Below are positions 1 to 12,800 of a stretch of DNA of 64,000 nucleotides, piece after piece. The notes below the pieces were generated by a model. It had not been told where the DNA came from and searched no databases. It saw only the letters and a program-made list of their open reading frames with translations. A program made the translations under genes and the position numbers. This DNA is from Pecten maximus (lineage: Eukaryota): the NCBI RefSeq assembly GCF_902652985.1, contig NC_047020.1:15624001-15688000 (forward strand), given 5' to 3'. Numbering within the stretch: the first letter of the stretch is position 1; each line of letters starts with the position of its first letter.

Positions 1-339
1 AATTAGAATCAACAGCTTCAAAATATGATTTGAGGATAAGATCATTTGTAATCTTAACCCTGCCCTATTACTCTAGCCATTGTCTATATATATTTTTTAA
101 AATTTACCATTCTTAATTTCTCACTGTTTACATTGGCAAGAATAAGAAACACAAATTTTCGTAAGGCATGATTAACATTTGTATCTTACCTTAATTTGGA
201 GAGGGTGTCATGTTCATAGTATAACAATACCTCTCCTTCTTCTACACCCTACCCACAGTCTACATTTGACTCCATTTTGATCACCTAGCTGTGTCAACAC
301 GTAATCTAGGCCGAAATTCTTCACATAGACATATTTTTC

Positions 340-506
340 TTTCAAAACGAAAGTAGAAATTTACAATAAAAAGATAACATTTAATAATTAAGTATAGTAT
401 AACTATATTTGTCTCCGATTCATTTAACTCCAAATCAATCACATGTGATCGGTTCATTTGCCAGGTGTCGTCGTTACTTTTTTTGTTTTCAAAACGAAAG
501 TAGAAA
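340..506 (+). promoter_or_regulatory. Duplicated IRF/ISRE-like element TTTCAAAACGAAAGTAGAAA upstream of the PARP gene
   Basis: Exact 20-bp direct repeat at 340-359 and 487-506 in otherwise unrelated flanks. Contains AANNGAAA-type IRF half-sites. Confidence 0.6.
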
Positions 507-831
507 CTCCCAATGAAAATTTAAACGTTCATGCATTTAGTGTGTTGGTACATTTCCGTAGAATAATGATTTTAATTGGTCTCAGTGTATTATCAACGGA
601 TGAAATTGGTATTTGCTTACCTTGTTTATCAAATCAGGAATAATTACTGGTCATCGCCAGCCAGGTAGTACAGGTAACGTAAGTACGTACGCTTTTAGGC
701 CCACCAGATGTCAACTTCCTTCTTCAAAGCGTGTCGAATACACAGATACGCTGAAGGGATGAGTGGTTAAACCAGAGTTTTGGCCTAATTATAAGAAGCA
801 TTACTGATGTCACAGTCAAGGAGTAAAGAAG

Positions 832-3800
832 ATGGCAGTGAATCGAAGGGATATGTGTAAGTGTTTTACCAACAGGTACAGGACCAATCGCTTGTAGCCC
901 TAAAACCGGGAAGTGTATTGATCAGTAGGAGTTGATTTTACATATACATTTTGTATATATACATTGGGGAGTTACAGTCTGCCTTGATAACTAGGACCTA
1001 CAGCCTACCTTGATACCTAGGAGTTACAGCCTACCTTGATAACTAGGAGTTACAGCCTACCTTGATAACTAGGAGTTACAGCCTACCTTGATAACTAGGA
1101 GTTACAGCCTACCTTGATAACTAGGAGTTACAGCCTACCTTGATAACTAGGAGTTACAGTCTACCTTGATAACTACGAGTTACAGCCTACCTTGATAACT
1201 ACGGGTTACAGCCTACCTTGATAACTAGGAGATACAGCCTACCTTGATAACTAGGAATTACAGCTTACCTTGATAACTATGCCCTACAGCCTACCTTGAT
1301 AACTAGGAGTTACAGCCTACCTTGATAACTAGGAGTTACAGCCTACCTTGATAACTAGGAGTTACAGCCTACCTTGATACCTAGGAGTTACAGCCTACCT
1401 TGATAACTAGGAGATACAGTTTACCTTGATAACTAGGAGTTACAGCCTACCTTGATACCTAGGAGTTACAGCCTACCTTGATAACTAGGAGTTACAGCCT
1501 ACCTTGATAACTAGGAGTTACTATAAATACATACATTTATGGTGTAATGAATATATCAATACACTTTCCAATCATTGTTGTGTGTTAGACATTCCACAGC
1601 TGAACCTGTATATATGTAAACATGAAATCTACTCTATTGCTGTATTATGTGTTTACTCTGAACTGATGAGCTAACTAGCTTGAAAACTACATATACTACA
1701 TGTAGGTAAAGCATATACATATTTGAGAAGTTAAAGTCTACATATATCTTAATTAATTGATAACTACACAATTGTGCTGTTAAAATCTTTAAACAACTTC
1801 TCAATATACCCAAGAAGTACAAGGTCATACTTTTTTTGTCAGTAGCATACTGGAATGAAGGGTTACCATTTAAGATTGTTCAAATATATGATCTTAACTT
1901 ACTTTTAATGTTTCATTGGTCAAACATGTTAAAATCTTTAATCAACTGTTTCTTATTTACAAAGAGGCCCAGAGTAATGATATTGGTCAGATAGCATGTA
2001 GACTTTAAAAATGGGCTATTAGGATCATAGAGGATCATAAAGGATCATAAAGGATCATTGAGGTTAATAGACAACAATAGAGGACCATAGAGGTCCATAA
2101 AGGAAAATAGAGGACAACAGAGGATCAAAGAGGATCATTAAGGACCATTTAGGTCCATAGAGGAAACACAAGATCATAGTGGACATGATAGGGAATCGAG
2201 GACCAAAAATGATGAAAGTGGATCATAGAGGATCATAAAGGGCCATTAAGGTCCATAGAGGAAAAAAGTGGACCATTGGGGACCATGTACAATAGAGGAC
2301 AACAGAGGATAAAGAATCATAGAGGACCATGATAGACCCTAGAGGAGTCCACAGTGAGGATTGCCTTGTTTACAGTAACCACTGTGGTCTGTAGGTCCAA
2401 ATGAATCCACTCAAAGGTTGTTTGATAAAACATCTCCGGTAATAAAACTGAGATCACATGTTCTTTAGTATATGACAAACATTGCCGTTGATGACATTAA
2501 ACACTAAATACTAGGTAATGTCTTTTTCTGTATTGTTTCTTTTTGTAGGTCCCTCAGCTGATGATAGGGATGTGGTACAGAGGCTGGGAAACATACGATT
2601 GACAATGAGGAAAGGACTTCTACAGCAGGAAAAGGTAGCACAGAAATTTTGGAAATGCATATAAAAGAAAACAACATTGTTTTCGATATATATTAATTTA
2701 CCTTCATGAAGGGAAAGAGAGCTGATTTTTAGGCCTATATGCCTAATTTTAAGGTCATATAGAGGTTGAAGGTTGAATTTAAATTCTTTATCTGGGATAT
2801 TATAGCACCTGACTCACCATGTAGTTTATGCTACTTGATGTGTATAAAGTAGGATGGCAAGATGGTGTATTGCTCAAAACTTTTGTCTGAAGATGGACCC
2901 CTGTGAACTGTGACCATAATTGAGCATAGTTGCGCCTAATTTCCATGTTATGCCTCAGACATAACCATGGTTACCTCAGACATAACCATGGTTACCTCAG
3001 ACATAACCATGGTTACCTCAAACATAACCATGGTTACCTCAGACATAACCATAGTTATACCTCAGACTTAACCATGGTTATACCTCAATGATCAGACATA
3101 ACCATGGTTATACCTCAGACATAACCATGGTTATACCTCAATGATCAGACATAACCATGGTTATACCTCAGACATAACCATGGTTATACCTCAATGATCA
3201 GACATAACCATGGTTATACCTCAGACTTAACCATGGTTATACCTCAATGATCAGACATAACCATGGTTAAACCCCCTGTGTTAAGTAATCCAGTTTATAT
3301 AGGACCCCTATTGGTATAATTTTTTGAACTATCATTTTATACACGTTTGACTAAAATATGTTTCCCTTTAGTCCTATTTATGATGTGTCTAACTGCACGT
3401 TCTAGTTGTAATAACTTAATACAATTTTTCTTAGCATTAATCCATTAGAGAAGTTTTTACTGTTTTAATTTTACAGTTGGTGTAGCTGCTTCAGGTTAAC
3501 TGACAAAGAATCGAAAATTTGAAGTGGATATACAGTTTAGTTTATAACATGTCATCACCGGAAACCCACGAGATACCGCTCTTACGTTTGTATCACTAAC
3601 GTAGAGTAACGATGAGCTGTGTGTCGTTGGTTCCTGACGATGATAACATGTTAGCTACAATAAAACATTATTTTTGTGTCTTCCTGTCAAGGATTTATAT
3701 CAGTCATATCTCCATTGTGGTTTGTCATCAATAACTTCTACTCTGTATTTTTCAGGCAGATGTAATAGTTACAAATTCCTCGGGAAATCTCAATCTAAAG

Positions 3801-6800
3801 GCTGGTAGAACCACACAGGCACTGTTAGAGGCTGCCGGGGACACACTACAGGAACAGTGTAATAAAAATTACCCACAAGGCATCAGGCCTGGGGAGGTTG
3901 CAGAGACAAACGGAGGCAATCTTGATTGTCAATATGTTTTTTATTGTTTCATGACATCATGGGATGATGCAGAGAGAGCTGCCTCACGAGGAGTATGTAT
4001 CTGTGATGTGTCTAATTCATTATTTGATAATATACTGGTAGCAACATTAATTTAGAGGGTTAAAGTGATTTTAAAGCTTTTTTAAGGAGACTGAAATCAT
4101 TAACAATCAACAGTGTGCTAAGTAAAAAAGACAACACATTAACAATCAACAGTGTGCTAAGTAAAAAAAGACAACACATTAACAATTAATCAACAGTGTG
4201 CTAAGTAAAAAAAGACAACACATTAACAATCAACAGTGTGCTAAGTAAAAAAGACAACACATTAACAATCAACAGTGTGCTAAGTAAAAAAAGACAACAC
4301 ATTAACAATCAACAGTGTGCCAAGTAAAAAAAGACAACACATTAACAATCAACAGTGTGCCAAGTAAAAAAAGACAACACATTTTATGATTGATGTAATG
4401 AATATATCTTACTGTCAGTATAGAGAAATTAAAACCCCTTCAAATAATCTGTATAAACCAGACTCTGTTGCATCACATTCATACTTATACTTATAGTAAT
4501 TATTAATGGAATTTCATTTCCTCAATTTAAACCCATTTTTAAGATTATTAACAGAAACAAAGTGTGTTTGATAGTAGGTCAGAGATTGAGACTTCAATGT
4601 AGATCACACTGCACTAACTAATGTATGTAAACAGCCAATCACCATGCAATTCAGGATGTCTTAGTTTAAAGTTAAAATGCCTACAGAGCCTTTTTTGTCA
4701 ATATGTAACCATGAATTATCCATTTTTATATGAGTATAAAACTATATTTTTATGAAGGATTTTTTTTTTTTTGGTTTGTTTATGTAACAAAATAACTTCT
4801 CTAATCTAAATTCCATGTCTTCATGTTCACAATGTGATGTTTTTCAGGTTTTTTGTAAATGTATGAAAACCTGCCTAAACATGGCGGATTCCAATGGGGT
4901 GTGTTCTATGGTTTTCCCGGCCCTGGGGACAGGACTGTTGAAATTCCCAGTGGAGGAGATTTATAACCTAGTGGTGCTGTGTGTCTTAGATTTCTCCAGA
5001 TCAAAACCACAGTCTACACTTACTGATATAACTATGGTGGTCCATCCCAACGATGATGAGATATTAAAAGTAAGTGACATCCGCAGAAATAGTAATGTTC
5101 AAATGTTACAGTAATTCATAGATAATGAATTTGTATTGAGAATTATAGCTGTATACTTCTTTATCCATTATATTATATTTTCCAAATGATTACACTGTGG
5201 TCATGTGATATGTGTTATGGAGATATTTGGGGAAGAGTTCTAGCTATATGGACATCATTCTTGGTTGACTTTCACTTTCGCTAGTCTCTGCACCCCTGGA
5301 TGTGCCTAGGCAAAATTTAAGTCACAATTGACTAGCTACCATGTATGACTTGTGTCTGGGTAAAAAAAAACAACTAATCACGAAGCTGATATCTTTCTTT
5401 TGAAGATCATAGAGGAACAACAATCAAGTAAAGGTATTGTGACCTTGAGGTGTGTTTGATGTACATCAAAGACTCCCAGACAGTAAAAGTGAACTTAAAC
5501 ACCTGGAGTATTAAGGATGCATAGACATATTTTATCTCTAAATGACACTGTAAAGTATAAGGGTTGATTACATGTAAAATAAAGGACAGGATGTCGGAAT
5601 TCAATCTAATTTACTATGTTTTTGATGAGATGGTTCCCTTTTTTAGGGATTTCGTGAAGAAAATAAAAAGTTGCTGAGGAAGCCAAAAGATTGTGCAGGT
5701 AAGTAAGTACAGGATAATTGTCAATTAGAACACTTCTCTCAAACCACAGATATAAATTGGGTCAAATTCAAAAACAATGACTACAACCAATACCCAAGAA
5801 GTATGGAGTGTTTGAACTTTAATTATCTCATCTCAGAACACATGTATGGAAATTTAGGGACTACCGCCCAGTATACAAAGTATCCAACTAATGGACCTCA
5901 GTTGGTGGACTCTATTCCGACCCAGAGCAGTTTTTTTCTCTAAGAAAGCTGAGATCGGACCATTCTATGATGTTGTGGTCGAGTCTATGGAGAAGACACT
6001 TTCTCCCTATTGTAGTGGACAGCATTTAATAGCCTCTTATTTAGTGAGGTAGCTTCCAGCTTCACATACCACAAGAAGACTTTGTCTGAAAATGACTCAA
6101 AGGGCAATAAATCTCACAAACAGACACTTTAGATTGATAAAAAATCAGCAAACATGGAAAAAATAGGATATAGTAATTGTTCTAGATCTCCAAGGGTCAC
6201 AGAATGCACATATTTCACCAAACTTGGCACCAAAAGGCCTTACCAGGAACAAGGGCAAAATCTACCAATGAATCTGTCTCATTTTAAACTCCCGTGTGTA
6301 TATTTTAATGATATGGCTCAGAATATACATTTATGCTGAATAACGGGATACTAACATGCCAATGAAAATTGGGTGGGGTCATAAGATCATAGCATCCACA
6401 ACCCAGAAAATATGTCTCTGAAACTCATTTCCCCAATGGTAATGTCTTTATCAAATTTTATCAATAGATGTTTCTTAAGTGATGAAGCTTAGAATGATGA
6501 TCAAGAAAGGAATATTTTTATAGGGTGTTACTGATACCCGACAATTTTGCAATACTGTTTATATAAAACTTCTTTTTGTACTTGTAGAAAAGACCAGGAT
6601 GTTTTTAAAACTGATTATATACCCACCATTTGAGGACGATTCCTTCACTGTATATTATACAACAGTATGATTGTATCCCTCATAGATCACGACAGTTAAA
6701 GGTCCATTATGGTTCTCACAGGTGAATTCTAACAAATGAAGACTTTTGAGTCAACCTTAAAATGTAATTTAAATTTTTGTTTTTTATTTGTTTTTATTTC

Positions 6801-9800
6801 ATTTTGAAGAGACCAAAGGTGATCTTGAACAGAGGAGTGAAAAGATACAGATTGGACGAACTTGCGTTGCTATAGTAACAGGATCCATTGTAGAACAACA
6901 GGTATGTGACCTTGACCTACTGGTGACCTTGAAAACTTTTTTTATCCCTTCAGATATCTCATAGAGTTAAACAACGAAATTCAAACGACAAAATAATTTT
7001 ATAGTCTGCTAATGCAAAAAAGTCTTTGCTCTATGCTCTGAGTGCAAAAAAAAAAAAAAAAAAATGACAACATAATATAAATACCTGTAACGGGGGAAAA
7101 TCATGCTTGATACTTCAATTAAAAAATCAAATTTGGATTATTGCACAGTGTATTTGTAACCCTGGTACAAAGATGTCTGTCACAATAATAACCAGTTATG
7201 CATTATATAATTGAATTGAACTGTGCATGTTGATTACATCACAAACGAGGTTTTGTCAACAACATTTACTGTACCCACTAATAATTCATGTTATAGAGTA
7301 TCATGCTATGAAATGGGTCAAATCAACTAGGCCAAACAAAACAATATCTGTAGGTAAGATTTCATGGTAAAGAAATCTACCAATTTTATTAGTTCCTATT
7401 CTGACAAAACTTAGACCCCTACCAGTGAATTATTACAGTTTGATAACTAGCAGGGCTTGTAGGGGACATCAATACTCAGTTTGCTTGTTCTTTTTGTGGA
7501 GGTTTTTTGTGGGTTTTTTTTCAATATTTGTGTGAGTGATTGATCATGATTTTGACATCAAAAGTTTAGGTTAATATAAAAACATCTAGAGCTATTAAAT
7601 ATATTGAACCAGGAAACAAATAACATTTTTTGTTTTGCCTTAAATCACAAACTTGGATGTAAATTCAGGCAGATGTCCTTGTAAACTTGACCAACAATAA
7701 GTTGAGACTAGACAGAGGGTCACTGTCCAGGGCTTTCCTAGATGCTGCAGGTGAAGGACTTCAGACGGAATGTGATACATTTGCTGGTGGTCTGAGTTGT
7801 GGGGATATTGCTGTGACCGGTGGCTACTCCCTGCCCTCTGTGAATGTGTTCCACACTACACTGCCTTATTATATGACAAAGGAAAAAGAATCCAACATAG
7901 AGGTAGCAGACATTTTTCTCCTGACAACATGTATTCTTTGACAACATTGTAATCTTTGACAACATTGTATTGACAACATTGTAATCATTAACAACATTGT
8001 AATCATTGACATTATTGTATTCTTTGACATTATTGTAATCATTGACAACATTGTAATCTTTGACAACATTGTAATCATTGACAACATTGTAATCATTAAC
8101 AACATTGTAATCTTTCACGACATTGTATTCTTTGACAACATTGTAATCTTTGACAACATTGTATTCTTTGACAACATTGTAATCTTTGACAACATTGTAA
8201 TCATTGACAACATTGTAATCATTGACAACATTGTAATCTTTGACATTATTGTAATCATTGACAACATTGTATTCTTTGACAACATTGTAATCTTTGACAA
8301 CATTGTAATCTTTGACATTATTGTAATCATTGACAACATTGTATTCTTTGACAACATTGTAATCATTAACAACATTGTAATCATTAACAACATTGTAATC
8401 TTTAACAACATTGTAATCTTTCACGACATTGTATTCTTTGACATTATTGTAATTATTGACAACATTGTAATCATTGACATTATTGTAATTATTGACAACA
8501 TTGTAATCATTGACATTATTGTAATCTTTGACAACATTGTATTCTTTGACAATATTGTATTGACAACATTATAATCTTTGACAACATTGTATTCTTTGAC
8601 AATATTGTAATCTTTGACAACATTGTAATCTTTGACAACATTGTAATCTTTGACAACATTGTAATCTTTGACAACATTGTATTCTTTGACAACATTGTAT
8701 TGACAACATTATAATCTTTGACAACATTGTATTCTTTGACAATATTGTAATCTTTGACAACATTGTAATCTTTGACAATATTGTAATCTTTGACAACATT
8801 GTAATCTTTGACAACATTGTAATCTTTGACAACATTGTATTCTTTGACAATATTGTAATCTTTGACAACATTGTAATCTTTGACAACATTGTAATCTTTG
8901 ACAACATTGTAATCTTTGACAACATTGTAATCTTTGACAACATTGTATTCTTTGACAACATTATAATCTTTGACATTATTGTAATCATTGACAACATTGT
9001 ATTCTTTGACAACATTGTATTCTTTGACAATATTGTAATCATTAACAACAATGTAATCTTTGACAACATTGTAATTTTTGGCAACATTGTAATCTTTGAC
9101 AACATTGTAATCTTTGACAACATTGTAATCTTTGACAACATTGTAATCATTGACATTATTGTAATCATTGACAACATTGTAATTTTTGACAACATTGTAT
9201 TCTTTGATAACATTGTAATCTTTAACAACGTTGTAATATTTGACCAAAGGCAAGTGAGCTTATGCCATGGATAGTGCAGAGTGCTATGCCTGGCAGGCAA
9301 TCTGTACTTTTTTTCATTTTAACAACTTCTGATCAATATAACCAGATGCACAGATACCTGATTTTATGCCTGTAGCATGCTGAGGTGATGACCTTTGGCC
9401 TAGAGATCTGATATTGGGCCAGAGCATGCTGGGGTTAAAGGCTACCAAGTTTGTTGAAAATAACTATTACCTTGACTTACATTCAAAGTCACATGGTTCA
9501 CTGTCTAAAAATCTTTAAACAGCAATTTGTCAATGACCAAGAGACCTGACATTGGGCCAGCAGTATGCTGGGATCAGGGCTACAAAATTTGTTTAAATGA
9601 ATGACCCTTAAGCCTATACTCTTATATTGTATGAACTGGTTTTTAGCTAATTAACATCTACATAAATTACTTAGATCAATGTCAAAGTTGTATAAGAAGC
9701 AGGTGAGTGATACAGGCTTTAAACTTCACTGACAAAGTTATAAGCCATTCCCATATCAAATGTTAAGACATTTTACCAGACAAATGACTGATGGCCCTGA

Positions 9801-12800
9801 CAAAATTCATTCTACAGCTAGGGTTGCTCTAATGCATACATGTAGCAGATGCTGAATTTGTCTAACATTTCATGCTTCATTTAAAATCAAGTTAAGGAGG
9901 TTTGTATCTTCCATATCTAGGCTATACAAACAGTGTACTAGTACTACAGCCATTAAACTTTCAGGTTCTACTGAAAACATGTTGAAGATGCTGAAATTGA
10001 CCTTCAATTGCACTGTAAACTCACATATTATAGAAGTCCTATTTTTGTGCTGAGGCACCCCGCCAAATTGTACTAGTTGTAGTTGTTGTATATGTGAATG
10101 TTGTTTTGTACAACAAAAATTGCGAGTGTACAAATTCAACATCACACTACATGTAATTTGATTAAATTCAATTATGTACTAAAGTTTGAGTCAGTTGAGT
10201 ATTTTAGACTAACTGTCTACTCTATTTTGTATCAGAGATTATTGTTTAACAATTAATCAGGTTTTATAGAATAGGAGAGATAAAGTATTTTGATTAGTTT
10301 TATGATTTAAAGTGTGAAGTGTATGTCCTGCTGTAGGTCCTGACACTAGTGGTTCAGCAATGCCTGATGCAGTTAGAGGATATGAATCTCCGAAGTATTG
10401 CTTTTCCCTGTTTTGCCTGTGGTCAGCACCGCTATCCAGACTCTGTTGCAGCGACGACCTTTCTTCAGACTGTTGATGAGTACATCCAGAACAACAATCA
10501 AACTTGTGTTGAGGAGATCTCCTTGGTGATATACCCTGGAGGACCATCTCTGTGGAAGGAAGTCTGGCAGGTCAGTGCCTCCTGCTCTTCTAAATCTGAT
10601 ACTTAAATTCATCAAAATTTAAGAGTTTTGCTCCTGATTAGTTACCTTGTTTTTACATCGTACATAAAGGCAACCCAGGAGTTTCAAGAATGAATCTGAT
10701 AGAAAATATAAAGTAAATCAGTTTAAAAGTTTGTTATTGATGTAATTTTCAATTGAAATGAAATCTTAATTAACTTTTTATACAAAATCCAATAAAGCTG
10801 TATGGAAAGTAATGGTAAAGATATCAATGTTGCATCAATTTTAATGGTAAAAGAAGTTACACTTTAGAATACATATGTACGGTAGTAGGTGAAATAACAA
10901 AAAAAAAACTATTTTTGATTTCATTTGTCGTGCATTAACCTTGTCCACACCATTTTATGTGAGTGTGAGTATGGGGGGTGGGGGTGGGGGGGTGATATAG
11001 ATATATTTTTATGGATGTCCGTCTGTCACCCTCAACCACATCCCGATCCATTCATAATCAATTTCATATGTGAAGAAACCCAAAAAAGATTTGGTAACAT
11101 CAAATTCTAACTTCAAGTTTTACACCTTCTGGTGGTCATTAGTCAAGGTCACCTTTGACCCCTGCTGGGTACAATGTGTCCTGTCTTGTTCTGAATCAAT
11201 GTCCAAATCAACAGATTTAGTTACTGTTTATATCAAGGTAACATCAAGCTATATTCACATCATCAGCTTCATCCTAAAACCACTTAACAGATTTTGGGGG
11301 AACTTGACGAGATGGAAGGCCAAGTTGAAAGCTAAACCAGACATGCAGGGAACCATAGGGAGTTGGCTTTTATTCCTTATCCACTAATATATCTACAGAC
11401 AATGCCATTTACTTGTTGTAGTCGTACAACTGAAGAAACAATATTCAGAGAATTGAAAAAATTATCCCTTTAGGTTGTTTCCTTTGAGATCAGGTTCCCC
11501 ATTTTATCTATGTAAAAAATAGACAATAACATTCATTTTGTATGTAAACTATAATAGCAAACTATGACTCCCTCCCCAATAACAAACAGGGGACCTTAGA
11601 GACTCTTCAGGTTTCAAACCTATTCATCACAAATGGTTGTGAATTTCATTTCTTCTATCATTTTTTTCAGACATTTGTCAAGGAACTTAAAACTTTAAAG
11701 AAAAGACATGTTAAAAGTTCTGACACTGAGGTAAAGCCTGCAGTTCTACCTGGCTGGGGAGCCAGACCAAAGGTGATAGTTAGGCCTGTATATCAGCTGA
11801 AGAAAAAACCCAAACATACAGTCATTCCAGTGACTCCAGCTGCTCCGGTACGCGGAACAAAAGAATGGTTCCAATTGAAATACACTGAGGATATTTGTAC
11901 ACCAGATTACTGGGTACACCACAAGGGGGGAACTCCAGTCAAAAAACTCAAACTTTCTCTGGAAGTCTCCCTGAAAAAGGCTTACGTGCTGAAGCAGGTT
12001 GATCATAGTACTAGAGATGCTGTTGTCAAACTAGTAAATGAAACTTGGGAAATGGATAAATTTGGAGCGGGTAAAGATGCTAGGGGCTTAGATGAGCTTG
12101 GTTATAGTAAAATTGAGGTGAAGGAAGTGCTACGAGTAGAAAACTTGGATCTGTATGAAAAATATGCGACAGAACGACAGAGGATTTTTTCAAAAGCTTC
12201 AAAGAAAGGCCAGTCTTTGACCTCAGTCAAAGATAGTAATGGTTCAGATGGAGAAGTTTGTACTTATACCAAAATGAAGCCTTGTTTAAAGAATGAGCTA
12301 TTTCCTGAGATAAATGAACATTATTTATTCCATGGGACCAAGGAAAACATTATCGAGAAAGTGTTGTCACAGGGCCTGGACAATAGGATGGCTGGGGACA
12401 ATGCCATGTTTGGTCAAGGTGTTTATGCTGCTGAGAGTTCTACAAAAGCAGATCAGTATGCTGGTTGGTATAAACAATTCTATTGCATGTAATTTTTGAA
12501 AGAATCATATTTTATGTAGAACATCAATGGGCGAAGGCAACTTAAATTTGTATAACTGGAATGTCTTTAAACGATTCTTATAATCTCCATTTGGTGCAGA
12601 GTGCATTTTAGGAATGATCGGAAACCAAGTTGAAATTTGTAATTATTCATAATATAATGAAGGTAGTCTTCTCAACTTTCATAAGTAGGTAAATGCTTAG
12701 TTGTGCATGGTGAATCTTGTGACATGATCAGGAAAACAATATGGTGGACAGGCAGCCATCTTGTATTTTATGGTCAAAGTTTGTTACTGCCGATTCTCAG

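Noticed and set aside
968-1521. CRISPR-like appearance of 26-40-bp repeats (also 4099, 37876, 46845, 52458)
   Set aside because: Head-to-tail units without unique spacers, eukaryotic intronic context and no cas genes.
6588-6670. Possible extra PARP exon after a ttgtag acceptor
   Set aside because: In-frame TGA and no phase-compatible donor; exons 5 and 6 join in frame without it.
7738-9300. Long repetitive ORFs (VVKDYN)n / (MLSKIT)n on the - strand
   Set aside because: By-products of an 18-bp intronic minisatellite that is open in several frames. No splice signals or domain content, and frames are broken by 14-bp variant units.
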